A stretch of DNA of 63,635 nt, filler included, from Choristocarpus tenellus KU-1152 (taxonomy: Eukaryota; Protista; Phaeophyceae): assembly GCA_964200185.2 (NCBI GenBank). It is 8 parts of 8 records of this genome, joined end to end, with 100 filler letters (N's around TTAATTAATTAA, not from the genome) between each part and the next. Parts side by side here need not be neighbours in the genome. Positions count along the whole stretch, not along the records: positions 46,896 to 50,131 come from CAXNAD020021343.1; positions 50,232 to 54,808 come from CAXNAD020013938.1; positions 54,909 to 59,055 come from CAXNAD020015982.1; positions 59,156 to 63,635 come from CAXNAD020014364.1; 4 more parts are not named here. The stretch is one strand, 5' to 3'. The translations under genes were made by a program, and so were the position numbers. Position 1 is the first letter of the stretch. The number at the start of each line of letters is the position of its first letter. This document shows positions 49,339-62,300 of the stretch, piece after piece. Under the pieces are notes generated by a model that was not told the DNA's origin, did not search any database, and was given only the letters and a program-made list of their open reading frames with translations.

Positions 49339-50131
49339 TTACTCCTGTTCGTCATCCTGTTCACCCTCCTCTCTATCATACACTTCATCATCCTCTTCTT
49401 CCTCTTCATCCTCCTCCGTGTCGCTGACATACTCCGGCTTGCCTTCCATGGCAGAATCACCGGCGCCCCTCCATACCTCACGACCTTTCCCCTTTCCACC
49501 CGTGCGGGAAGAGGGACACCTGCGCTTTCTAGTGGTCATTGGTGTCAAGTCCGAGTCCGAATCCATCACTTCGAACCCACGAGAACGCACTACCGTAACA
49601 CCCGGGAGCACATAGAATGGTGATCTCGTGTCATCCTTTGCCCGGGGTTTGTACACACTCCCGACAACAGGCGTGACAAACATCTCCCCGGGGCCAACCT
49701 GGGAGAAGGGGAGGAGGAGCTGGTCACGGCTTCCGCTCTGCGGAATGTTTGATGTGAATACAATGTTGGCGTCGTCTCCTTTCTCGGTCCAACGCATGTA
49801 GTACAGAGGGCAAGTGGCTGCCACGCGCAAGTAGAGCTCTGCGTGCGGCCCACACACCTCCATTCCAGACGAAAGCATGCGCTTGAGTTGTCTGTTGTTG
49901 GCCACATGAAGCAGCCGAATGCACTGTTTTTCTTGGTCTTCAAGACAGATCGAACATAAGGCCTCTGATCGAGAGTTGCACACTACGAGATCACCCCACG
50001 CAGGGAGGTCATTTGCGCTGATCTTGTAGTCTTTCCCTTCAAGCGGGAATAAGGCCATTTCTGCGGGATTCGAGGACGAGCTTGCACGCGGCTGAGCATT
50101 GCGGAAGACAAAGACGGCGGTGGGGTTGGGG
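49339..50131 (-). CDS. Intronless orphan ORF (at least 239 aa, open to the gap) with Cys motifs and an acidic tail; probably transposon- or virus-derived
   Basis: A GC-richer stop-free frame containing CSIC...VCGPH, TTRKRR (NLS-like) and a poly-E/D tail. Acidic coding-like sequence continues past the TAA. Confidence 0.4.
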
Positions 50132-52112
50132 NNNNNNNNNNNNNNNNNNNNNNNNNNNNNNNNNNNNNNNNNNNNTTAATTAATTAANNNNNNNNNNNNN
50201 NNNNNNNNNNNNNNNNNNNNNNNNNNNNNNNTGGTGTCTGCATTTCCTAATCTACTCCACCGATGGTGTCTATAGTGTACCAGCAGCACTATCTACGAAC
50301 ACTACGCCGTCCTCATGATGACAGCGCTACGCCCTTATCATCTCACGTTTGACTAGTCCACGCATGGACACCAACCCCGCACTCCCTACAGACCCCTTCA
50401 TTATTGATCACATATCCTAGCACTATATATACAACATCAACCTTGCTGTCATCACCTAACCATAGTATCTTCCCCTGCCTCGATATCCTTCTCATTTGCT
50501 GATATCGTTGCCATAAAATATCCCCCCCTACCTTCACAGGCAGTCGGCCGGAGGTCCAAAGAAACCTGAAGAGGAAAAGACGACAGAGTTGATCACGTCA
50601 AACCTCTCAGCGCGACCCGTACGACCGACCTGGCCACATCTGCTTTGTTGTCCCAGAGGTACAATGCCAATCTCGTTGACAAGGATAGGGTAGAGTTCAT
50701 GTTTTCAAAACTGGGGCCGCATCATTCCAGGGGGGAGAAACGAGACTCATTCTACTTCCTACACTGCACCCTGGAGCGAAAGGTCTCCCAGAAGCAAGAG
50801 GAAGAACCCCATCAATGGGCTGCAAATAAAGCAAGGGGTGCTACTGTATATTACACTAGCGTATGTTGTTGGGACGGAGACATTTCCAGAGGAATGGGCA
50901 AGTCAAGCTTTGACTGTGACGACTCACCCAACGTATACATGTATATATGCATATACCCTCCTCCTGAGCCTGCAACAGTCACAATATTGACCATATAGTT
51001 CGTGCCCCTCGCGAAGCAGACACTCATGTCATACAAATGATTTATCATTTCTACTATCAATGAACTCCTCCATGACAGTTCTTGACCACTCTTAGGGGTG
51101 TCCGGAACAAACGACTCCCGGCCGACCCCGACCAAGGAAAGAAGAAGAGGACGCGAGGCCATGAACGACCTCAAGAGGAAAGACGAGCTCGGGATCGAAC
51201 CCAACGTCAATGAGTCCTCAGCCGGGTCTTCAGAAGAGCCTGCTCCAAAGAAACAATACATCCTGAGTGAAGAGGTACTCAAGGGAGTGTCACGTTCATC
51301 CACTCATCTGTCCACCGTATTTGAGTTCGTAACATGTCACCTCAAAATAAACGCCCAGATCGCGCACATTAATTTAACACCACCATAAAATCCACAGGTG
51401 AAAAAGAGACCTTGTGTTGCGAGAGGATGTGGAGGAGGGTACAGTCTACCTGGATATTGTCAAAATACTCAGAGGGTGTTACCTTGAACACCAGTGGTTA
51501 ACACGCAGGCAAGCAATTACATCATTGTACAACACCGCCATACGTGAACACCAAACAACGTCCCCTACACCAAACACAAAGCCTCGACTCTGAGAGATCT
51601 TACCGACGTTGGACAGTTTCACAATGTACACTGACGTAGGGTTCTCGAGTTTTATGTGTTGTGAATATGCTCGTCGAATAGATTTATTCATACTTTCGCT
51701 GTGCTTTGTCGATCGGTACAACCCAGTGCAGGGTGGGAAATTATGACGCGGTTCATGTCCTATAGTCCTATACGCATCTTCTTAGCCCAATGTTACAAGT
51801 CCTACTTGTCTTCCTGACCTATGGGCTAAAAGAATCCGCCCAAAAACGACGAACCGCACGTACTTCTTTCCTTCTATCTTTTCCTTCAGCCTTTGCCTCC
51901 TCTCCTCTATATCCTCCTTCGCTTACTCCTTTTCACCAACCTCTGCCTCAGCCTTTGCCTCCTAACCCTAACCCCTCTTCCCATTGTTTTGTCTCCTACT
52001 TCGCCTCGTCCTTTGCCTACTCCTCCACCATTACAAAGGTAACACGAGTCACGAACGTTGTGATCGTGCCAGAGAAAAACGCCACGTCCGAGTACGACCT
52101 CGAAAAGTTAAA

Positions 52113-52370
52113 GAGTCAAATCAGCTTAGAGGGTAGAGCCGCGTCCGTTTGGGGGCCAACATCCAATGTTGCGATTTTGCTGTAATTTTGACTATCGTGT
52201 TCGTTAGGAAGTGCCAATATCCTTGTTCTGGACATATCTTTTCATAACGTATACATTTTACCTACTCCGAAACATTTCGGACAGGAAAATGTAATGAAAA
52301 AAGTCATGGGAAGTCAAGCCCCAAACGGACAAACAGGGCAATACTCGTACTCTCTAAGATACTTTCACCC
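52113..52370. mobile_element. 258-bp MITE, copy A
   Basis: Termini gagtcaaatcagcttagagggta ... tactctctaagatactttcaccc. It is an inverted homologue of 52561-52817. Confidence 0.85.
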
Positions 52371-52560
52371 TAAAGTCCGAAACGAGCGCCGCCCACAAGA
52401 GAGCAGTCGCCCTTCTCCAGACCCGACCAGGAGGCATCGTAATCACATACACCGCCCTTGGGGACAACCATGATCCGCATCGTATCCAACTCCTCATCGA
52501 CGAAATCTCCACCTTCTGCAATTTGCGCTGGCAAAGACACCAATAGCTAGTGGTGTATCC

Positions 52561-52817
52561 GAGTGAAAGTATCTTAGAGGGTACGAATTTGCCCTGTTTG
52601 TCCATGTGAGGCTTGGCTTCCCACGTGTTTTTATTGACATTTTACCTACTCCCAAATGTTTCGGTGTAGGTAAAATGTACACATTATGAAAAGGAATGTC
52701 CAGACAAGGATATTGACATCTCCTAACAAATATGACTGTCAAAATTACATCAAAATTGCAACACTGGATATTGGTCCCCAAATGGACGCGGCTGTACCCT
52801 CTAAGATACTTTGGCTC
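52561..52817. mobile_element. 257-bp MITE, copy B, with ~23-bp TIRs and a 3-bp TCC target-site duplication (PIF/Harbinger-like)
   Basis: tcc|gagtgaaagtatcttagagggta ... taccctctaagatactttggctc|tcc. Partial copies lie at 55083-55200 and 46958-47005. Confidence 0.88.
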
Positions 52818-55800
52818 TCCACGCCTATACCTTGTGGAGGACCCGACCCACTACGTGATAAAGAGGAACAGGAGACGCCATTGCCTAACCCTACCGTAGG
52901 TGCAGGAAGTGGTTCACTACATGGGGGAAGGCGTCCAACCACACCCTCAGGGAACGATCCTGAAGGCGATGGGGACCGGTCCAATTGTAACGCTTTGTCA
53001 TGTCCAAAGGAAGATGTCCAGGAGGACGTGGGGGGGTGGCTGTGGAGCGAATGGCAAACTACACTAATGCCGAGTCAACAACACCAAGGGTTGATTTGAC
53101 ACCATCAGGTTCCTCACATAGGGACAAGCCTTCGGTAAAGGGTAAAGGGAAGGCCAAAACGACGATCATCACGAAGAAGAGGTTGGGAGAAGGTGCCGGA
53201 TGGATGAGACCCTTCAAACATCCTCGTGGAAATGACGGTAGAGATTTAAAAACTAGCTTTTTTGCTGACGTCTTCGCTTCTACCAGAAAGGGGCGGAGAC
53301 GCGGAAAATGCAGCGCCATCTACTACGGGGCATGAGGATGACGACGAAACGTCTGCGCATGGTGATGATGATGTCGTCACAGAGGACGCGGTAGACTCCG
53401 GCGATGCATCTGTCATGGGGATCACCGAAGCCTTCATGGAGGCATGTATTAGCAAGCTCCTACGATCAGCAAAAAACCCCGCTTCGTTGCAGTACCGGGT
53501 ACAACCCAAATCCTTACCCAGGTCATATACGGCCATTGGTTCAGGCTCCTAATGGCCGGTAGAGCGGCCAAAAATCTTGTATTCGGGATGACTGCTACAT
53601 CCATGAGCCCATCCAGCTAAAACTCCACGGTTGTGGAGGGAAGCCCGGCAGCACATTGCGTCCGAAGCATGTGGAAACACTCCATGAAAGGAAGGCCATC
53701 TTCATGAGTCTCGTAAATCTCGAGCCGTGGAACAACAGGTACTCCACGCGCCTAAATCTCTGGCACCTTCTAACCGAGGCATACACCCGAAGCTTGTAGA
53801 GTGGTGGGAGAAGGGTGAGGAATGCCATTTCGAATCCGCCTACCAATTGAAATAGGGCTTCAGTCGTTTCAGTTTTTTTGTTGAAGTACGGATCGAGTTA
53901 CCTGTGTCTGATTCGTGCATCAGTGTAGCTTGTCTTGGTGTCCGACTACCATGTTCATGCAGTTTCCATTCGATAGGTTATGCATTTACACAGTGGTATC
54001 GGATACATTGCTACCAGTCAGAGGTGTCAGTGTATCATATATGATACTACTCGTCTTGAGGATTAGACCTGTGTTCTTATTTGTTTAACAGAGAGTGTCC
54101 AATGCAAGGTTCAGACACTACTAAAATATTATACTTTTATTAAACAACTCTTCTCATTCTTTTCCACTAAGTTTCCTATCAATTCGCCAAGGCCTGCGAT
54201 GGATACGTTGTCTTTTCACCAGCCCCTAATTATTCCATGAACCCTAATACCTACCTCCCCCCTACTTCTCAATACTCTATGCACCATCCCATGCTTTGTC
54301 CAAGTGTCGACAAATGAGGGCAGATGTCGTCCTCCTTCAAATCTTGGACGATCATATACCGAAGTCCACGCCCGATGCTCCTAACCACAACACCAACCCT
54401 GAGCCTACCCCAAACACGTGCCATGAACTCGACGAATGTCCTGGATCGCCACCCCCGTACACCGACACTAACCATATCCTTACCCTAACAATTACACTGA
54501 GCCCATCTGCATCCCGTGCCAACCTAGAATAGACAAGAGTCTTACCCGAAATACATACCAGTGCCGTCATCTACCCTACTTACACAAAACCAACCCTACC
54601 TCATTAGGATTTATTCAACCCACTAACCCTAACCCAGAATCAAGGGTTATATATCTTGACAACTTCCAGCGAAACGTACGACAATAGACCTTGGCCAATA
54701 AGCCTTTGTGAACACATCCAGAAATCCGTCGACACAAGATACACTTTCTATACTTAAGATAAGTAAACAAGTGATTCATAGTAAATTAGTGTGGACGATC
54801 ACAAACCCNNNNNNNNNNNNNNNNNNNNNNNNNNNNNNNNNNNNNNNNNNNNTTAATTAATTAANNNNNNNNNNNNNNNNNNNNNNNNNNNNNNNNNNNN
54901 NNNNNNNNGCCCTTTTCCTGATTTTGGACCAAATGGACCCTCAGGTGTAGCCCCCCCCCCCCCACCCCCAGATACTTTGGGTCTCATCTCACAGTAACAT
55001 CTAGCAGTGACTCTTCTCTTGTTCACCTTGCTGCGGCTTACAATATATTTATCTGCAAGCTTCCCAAACATCAATGCATTAGGAGTCAAAGTATCTTAGA
55101 GGGCAGAGCCACGTCCATTTGGGGCCAAAGTCCAATGTTGTGATTTTGATGTAATTTTGGCTATTGTGTTTGTTAGTAAGTGTCAATATCATTGTTCATG
55201 AAGGAAAAAAAAATGGCAAGGTGTGTTGGTCCCACAACCACCCATAACAACAGGTAGACCTCTCTACCAAAGCACTTCGGTCTTGGGTATTCAAATCTCA
55301 TTAGATTCAAATAAATGATACAACAGCAACTTCTTGTGCCACGGATCTTCTGTCACAAAGCACTTGACTGTCATGGAAACAATAATCCAAGATGTTTGCA
55401 GAGAATTGATGTTTTGAATTAATTTGTTAGGTAAAGGAGCACTTCCAGGACTCTAGGCATGAGTGGGGAATAACATCTGAAGAGTACCTGTCAATCTCTG
55501 TTGTTGTCATTTTGTATATTCGTCTTCCGTATTCCTTCTTATTTCTCTCTTACCTGTTGGAGACAACATCTGGAAATAAATGATGGAATATGTATATATA
55601 TGCTAGTGCGCACGACCTGTTTGTGACAAGTTGTTGAAAATTTAGAAAATAAATATCAACATGCAAGCAACATGTTCAGAACACTTTCCGATACAAAAAT
55701 AGAGTACTGTTCAAAAATAGTTGGTACAAAATATATACTTTAGGGGAGTATAATATATATATATATATATATTGAGTAAATATATTACATATATATAATT

Positions 55801-56062
55801 TTCGAACTAGATAACGCCAAAAACACGAAGTGAAGTCCAACCAAAAAATGTAGAAAAATGGAAAAAGTAGACAAAAAAACTTGGAGATGTATTTGATTTT
55901 AGATTTTAGATGATGATGGTTCATGACCGTTGAACCTTTATATTTTGTTGGTTCTTACAGCTAAAAGGAATGAAACGGTCTTCATGCTACCCAAGGGTAT
56001 CGCAAACCCTCCTTTCCTCCTCTCCTTCAGTAGTGATCAAGTGTTGAAGTGGCCACGTGGCG

Positions 56063-57427
56063 ATGGTCGACGATGCTCGAGCTCTACGGCGGCATTTGGA
56101 GGTTTCGCTTGCCAGGGGGAGACGTCAAAGTGGACTGCTCAGCAAGCTCGCGCTTCTGAGCAAAAGTCAGGTGTGGCATTGCTTCGGGCTTGCAACCTTC
56201 AACTTCTATGAGAGTCAGTCAGGAGGCCATGACGTGACGAATTGGAAATATTCTGGGGAAGAAGATGTAGTCTGAAGCGTAAATGTTAATATCTAGCCTG
56301 TGATGACAGATTCGTCCTCTGTGCCGTCCGTTGTGAGCTTTTCGCAACGAACGCGGCGAGATTCTCTTTAGGGTCAACCATCGTTCTGATTACTTGGCGA
56401 AACTATGTTCATCAACTCTAAAACAAAAGAAGTCGCTGATCTCAGTTTGGACTATTCTTGCCACTGAAATATTGGTTGTTTAGGCAGCACTTCTACGCGA
56501 TCATGTCACCAAGGCACTCAACGAACGCGATGCCCTAGTCGAAGAAGTACTGACTCACTTATCCCGACTGGAGACACACTTGGGGGCCAAACGACTGGCA
56601 TATCTATCCTCTGGTGGTGATGGAGATGATTTTGGCAAGGATTGCTCTGCTGATTCTTTCAGGCGACGCTTCCATCGCCTGGTGCATGGCACTAAGAGCA
56701 TGGGCATCTCGGACGATGTGGTCAATGGTGAGTCCGTACTCGAGCAATTAGATAAAAAAGATTCAACCCCTAGCAAGCTTCATCATTATATACCACTTAT
56801 CGGTGCATATGCAAGCTCACCTTGGTTGCTTGCAGTGAAGCAAAGGCACAATGAATACACCATTTTCTTCGTACCCCACCCTATTGATTAATCGTTGATT
56901 TAAGAAACGAAATAGCTTAAACAAACTGAGACATTGGTTTTTGATTCCCTCTACATGAATGCATTTATATTTCAAAGGTGACTCTAATGGATTTGATGGC
57001 TCAACCTTCGAGCTACCTAGGGATATGATTTACCCGTAAGGGGATGGGAGGAGGTCGCTATTTATGACAATACTAAATCCATGCACGTCACGATCATTGC
57101 AAGATTTTGACTGATTCAGTACAATCTTTCTTCCTTTCCCTGGATTGAGGGACCAATGTGCTTCCATTGGCATGTCAATGGAAATGGATTATGGAATTTC
57201 AACTGGTAACTCTTCAGCCTGCTGAACTCATTTCCGCACCTTGGTTTAACACGTGGGGAATATTGATTGGGCCTTCGGTAGGGTGTGTCAATGCAGAGCT
57301 GAGGTATCTACGGGAGCAAAATCAGGCACTGCTGGAAGATCTGAAAGAAGCTAGAGCTGGGGGGGGAGGGGAAGGATATGGGAGTGTTTCAACAGACCAG
57401 GTTGTGATTAACCAACTCCACTTAAAG
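56063..57427 (+). CDS. Unknown coiled-coil protein, 5' exons 56063-56170, 56484-56727, 57282-57427; 3' end not found
   Basis: Phase-consistent GT-AG splicing gives MVDDARALRRHLEVSLARG...SKSQ|AALLRDHVTKALNERDALVEEV...|GCVNAELRYLREQNQALLEDLKEAR. Confidence 0.75.
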
Positions 57428-58244
57428 GTGAGAAATAGATGAGTGGGTGAATTAAGAACACATGGTTCGTTTTGCTTTCAACGCTTATTCTAGTGACTGC
57501 CTGTGTTGAATTTTGGTACAAAAGGGCTAGACATTTACTGCAGTTATCTCTGTGTGAGTAAGGTCTTCTCCTTGGTCTGGTGGCAAACAACTGGATGTAT
57601 CTCTTTGGCAAACAGAGACCTTTCTTGAAGAAATGAGTTCTGCTCAATTACAGTTTGTACTGTACTTTGCGACCCAAAGGAGGCTTGTGGAATTGATTAA
57701 TTGCAAGTGGAGATGTAGAGAGGAGGGCATCCAACGTTGACTCACCTTTTGCTTAGCTTCTGTGTATTGTACTTTTAACATCCCATCTTTCGCCACAAGA
57801 GTTTACGTATCATGACTGCTGTTGGACATGCTGAGGGTTTGTATCGCCACATAGTTTGTGGCACTTACTCTGAGGCAGAAATAAGGGCGCTTGCGTGTAT
57901 TGTGTTGGGGAATGTTATGTGCCTTTTCAGTTCATTGTCGTCGTATTTGCATATATACATACATCAGTACAGTTTATCAGTCCCTTGAAAGGAGAGGATT
58001 TAGCTTCCCTCTCTATCTTTTGCAATTACTTTGTTCTAGTGTGTAATGCTGTGGTACTATGTGTCATGTAGTCTAGTATTAAGAGTGATAGCTTTGAAAA
58101 AAAAAAAACTTGTGCCCATGTCATCAGGAACTTTGCCAATTGCTGTACAGTTCAGTGGGTGTGCTTGTGACTTTCAGTATGAAGGAGGGGGGGGTGGCGT
58201 GTATGTGTGTGTCATACCTCATGGAGGCATGTGGGATGTGAGAA

Positions 58245-58313
58245 TGGAAATGTTGTTTGTGTTCTTGACTTGTATCTACTGTGTGTGGATGTAATGTGTG
58301 TGTGTGGGTGGGT

Positions 58314-58354
<41 letters not shown>

Positions 58355-58500
58355 CATGAACACCTCAGCTCAAGAGATCTACTGTGGTGTGAAATTGGGA
58401 TATTGTTTGCGTTTTTGACTTGCATCTGCATCTACTGTGTGTTGATGTGTTGTGTCTATGGTGTGAGAGAGAGAGAGAGAGAGAGAATACCTCAGCTTGA
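58245..58500. repeat. Degenerate ~160-bp direct duplication, each unit containing a (GA)n microsatellite
   Basis: The pattern ttgacttg..atctactgtgtgt.gatgt...(ga)n...acctcagct occurs twice. Confidence 0.75.
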
Positions 58501-58968
58501 GGAGGGCCTTACTCTCCGCCAGTTTGTATTGTGACTGTCCCTGTAGGTGTTGTTGTGCCTGCTTGGGCTCAACTCTTTCCTCCACACTCATTAAAAAAAA
58601 TCGGGTAGTGATAGTAAGCGGTGATAATCTGAACGTGCGTTGTGCATGACGTGTGCGCATGCCAAAGCGTCTCACTGAGCAAGAAAGCTCTAACCCTAGA
58701 ATTGTACTGATGTGCAGAGAGAGCTAATTGATGCTCGTGGCTTTTAAAATCTGTTCGATCTAACCGCTCGGCCGAACTGATTTAAAATCTGAATCCATCC
58801 CGTCCCCACCCTCAACAACTCATCAGTCAATCCTTCCTTCTTATATGCAGTGACAAATTCCATTAGACCGTTGCATATATATATATATATATGTATCTGT
58901 TTTGTAAGGACTGGTATGTCTTCAATTCGTCCATCATTAACCCCTCCAGCTCAATAATAAACACATGT

Positions 58969-59003
58969 CCATCCATCCATCCATCCATCCATCCATCCAT
59001 CCA
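58969..59003. repeat. (CCAT)n microsatellite
   Basis: About 8 tandem CCAT units. Confidence 0.95.
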
Positions 59004-59333
59004 CAAAAAAAAAAATCAACATCCTTCCGCCTCCACAACCCCTCGTGTTCCGTCCNNNNNNNNNNNNNNNNNNNNNNNNNNNNNNNNNNNNNNNNNNNNT
59101 TAATTAATTAANNNNNNNNNNNNNNNNNNNNNNNNNNNNNNNNNNNNNNNNNNNNCTTGGTCGAGGTCGCTTCCAAATCGTAGCGGTGCCCTCCACAAGA
59201 CCCGTAATTTTTTTGACCAAAAATATATATGCACTTTCCACGCACCATTCCAGGTCTTGCCTTTCCTCAATAAAAAGCTCCATCCTCAATTTTGATGATC
59301 GGCTGTTTACATTCATCATGTCCCCCGTTTCTG

Positions 59334-59882
59334 TCAAGTTCCGAATAAGGTCCGTGTTGGAGAAAGTTTTTCCTCAACGGCTGCCTTCGGTTCAGAGTTG
59401 ATGAGGTTGATGCACAAATCTCCCGTTGACATGGTTGACGACGATATCCGTGGTGTTGTTGACGGCACCGGTGGTGTTGGCACAGGCATTTGTAAAGATG
59501 TTGACGAGATATGTACAGTCTGAGTAACAGGGGGCGTTAGTGGTAAGGGTTGTTGACTGAGTGGGTGATTATCCGCTGACATCAACTGCTGGACCATACC
59601 TTGGTCAACCACCCGGAAATCTGTGTTCACAAAGATTCCAGATGATTTGTGAAGGAGTTTCCTTCCATCTTCAAAAATAACCTCATTAAATATTAAGGGA
59701 TCTCGGCCATGCAACACTGGTAGCAAGTGTTCATCTGGTTCGCTCTCTTTGTAAATCTCCTCCATGAGACTCTGAAAACGATCTTCGGTTATGTGGAACA
59801 TGTTCTGTCGCCTCCTATGTCGAACTATATGCCAGTCGGAATGATGTGGCATTGTTATATATGATATAAGTGTGGTGCTCAA
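59334..59882 (-). CDS. Orphan ORF (about 172-182 aa) with a Pro/Thr/Ser-rich C-terminal half
   Basis: Stop-free frame only, with no recognised motif; flanked by dispersed repeats. Confidence 0.3.
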   Translation of the reverse strand: MSTTLISYITMPHHSDWHIVRHRRRQNMFHITEDRFQSLMEEIYKESEPDEHLLPVLHGRDPLIFNEVIFEDGRKLLHKSSGIFVNTDFRVVDQGMVQQLMSADNHPLSQQPLPLTPPVTQTVHISSTSLQMPVPTPPVPSTTPRISSSTMSTGDLCINLINSEPKAAVEEKLSPTRTLFGT

Positions 59883-60434
59883 AGTACAGGCAACGTACTA
59901 AGACTTCCCCAAAAAGTGCCGTTGAAGTACTCTCCCATTTCAGAATGATTGCCGTCGTCGCCACTGTGAAACAGATGGAAATAAGCCAACAGATTCTTCA
60001 GACTGAAGGGGAGTGGGAAGACCCACAGGAGGCAAGAAAATGAAGAGAGACAAGGCAAGAGGGAGAGCAATCCCTCAGAAGATCATTCGGAAAGGAGTGA
60101 ATAAGTGGAAAGTGAATGAGGGGGGTTTGCAAGGTCCCCTCAAACCACACGCTATTTACCTAAGCATATATTACCTTCAACATGCAAAAACAAATGTCAT
60201 ATGAAAATGACATTCTTCAAGATATAGGTTACCTTCAAGGTATGCCTTCCTTGGAAGATGCTTCTCACACAAAATTCCTGATATTTCAAGTAGAGCTGTA
60301 CGTCCTAGAATTTAGACATTTGTAACAATTAATGTTGAATGATATATATATTGATAAAAAGTAGAAAAATTCAACAATCAAATATTTTCATGATGTTTTA
60401 ATAGTGGTGCACTACTTAAAATGCTTATTTTATA

Positions 60435-61580
60435 CTCCCTCTGTCCTAAAGTCTGCCACGTTTTGAATTTTCACTTTTTGTTTTAGTCGTTTCTTCATGA
60501 ATACGAAGACTTTCCAAGTGATGTTTGGGTCGAGTGAAGGTCTGGATAAAATTGTTTGGAGGAGTTTTTCGGTTTCCCATTTTATTCCGAAATAGTTCTG
60601 AATCTGTCCCGAGAATTGGAACCGAAAAAACGGTCCTTTTCGACCACATTTTCAGCGCCTGCACTGTCCAGGTAGGGGGTACAACTTCCCCCCATCATCA
60701 CACAGCATCTCAGAACCTCACCAAGAAAGAGCCGTACAACTCTCACTTAGCGTCCGGGCCATCTGCAATTTTAGTCCCGTAGTCAATATGGACACTCCGA
60801 CGGGTCCGCCGTCTTTCGCCAGGGGCCCATCGGCCTAGCGTAAAAATTGCGACCTGAGCAAGGAAGGTAGAAATGTGCTGGCCATACGCTACGCTTTAAC
60901 TCTACCTCCCAATAAAAAAGAGTTTCCAAAGGGTGGGCCAGGGAGGAAAGGGTGGGCTCCACCAAGGTACAGCACAAGTGTGACATTCCTAAGGTGATGT
61001 TCATCTAGACTGTTTCGCGCCCAGATCCTTCCCACAATTTTGACGGCAAGATCAGAATCTACCGTGTTTGCACCATCAAGCAGGCGCAGAGAAATTCGAC
61101 CTGCCGCGAGAGGGGGCAGCAGTATGACTTCGATGTGACCATCGACACCAAGTGGTATTTCTTTCCATCCCTAAAAAATAGAGTTTGGAGGGAGTATTAT
61201 GCCACAATAGACGACCTTGTGAAGGGGTAAAGAGCATGTATGGTGTGTACGACGAACATACTAGAGAGGGTGTGGCAGAGGTTCTTTAAGCAGAACAATC
61301 AAGTTTTGAAGGCGCTAGGAGGTAACGATTTCAAGGTGCAGCACAGCAGAACTACGAAAAGGCAGTGTGCGGGAAGTTTGCTAAAATCGGTCAGAAGCAA
61401 CAGAGAGACATTTAACAGGGTGGTGGATTGGTGGATTGATGGGTATGAGGAAAATGACAAAGAATTATTGTAACGTAAGAAACAATAAGGAATCCAACTT
61501 CTAAACACATTTTGTCACCAAAGGTTATCTCGAGAAGTTACAACTTTGATGTTGCAAACTTATGGAGGGGACAGAGGGAG
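60435..61580 (+). mobile_element. Internally deleted mariner element with both TIRs and TA target-site duplications
   Basis: ta|ctccctctgtcc ... ggacagagggag|ta. Remnant coding IPKVMFI..SRPDPSHNFDGKIRIY and LERVWQRFFKQNNQVLKALGGNDFKVQH is present. The QQD..PH and SPDLN catalytic segment is missing. Confidence 0.9.
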
Positions 61581-62039
61581 TATATATTTTCAGTATTCAG
61601 TATTGAAAGATCAATGCCACCATGGACATTTCCTCGTCCCTCACTTGTGTATCTAAATATTTACATATTGTACAACACTACAACTGCAGGGAGTGAAGGG
61701 TGGAGGACCAGGGCCAAGTGGACAGTAGGCACTGAGGGATGCTGAGGTCCAATGAACAGGAGCAGTGGTACAAACAGTTGTAGTGACATAAATAGAAATG
61801 ATTGCAGTGAAGGTAACCTAACATCATGCTCGCCACCTTGCCTGACCAGCTTGACAGCTCTGCCACATGATGGAACCCTGCCCAACAAGTCAGCTGGGCA
61901 GATTGGGCAGTCCAACTCATCGGTCAATGGTGCATCTAGTCCGTGTGTTGAGTCTGCAACACAACAAAATATTATTGTTCACAGTAGATGGCACATTTGA
62001 GTGCAGACGCTGCAGTAACAATAATCTTCAAAGCATTGA

Positions 62040-62300
62040 GGGGTCTACAACTCTAGAGTATTTCAAGATCGTTTAGACAAGGAGCATGTCAAGAATGCAT
62101 TTTGTCAGGTGGCGATCTATCCTGACAGCAATGGTAGAGGAAAGGCTATCAAGGCACGCATCTGTGGTGAGCGCTTGACATAGAAACATAGGGCTCTCAT
62201 GCGCCACCTTGAGATGAAATATCGTAACAAGCACACCGAGTATCAGCTGGGAAGAATTTGTTCAAAGGTGGCAAAGCATGCCAAGCCCAAAGCTGTTTTG
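62040..62300 (+). mobile_element. Degenerate BED zinc-finger fragment (hAT-like transposase relic)
   Basis: Piecewise translation across a frameshift gives LEYFKIV..HVKNAFCQV...ICGERL..RALMRHLEMKYRNKHTEY, with stops. Confidence 0.5.
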
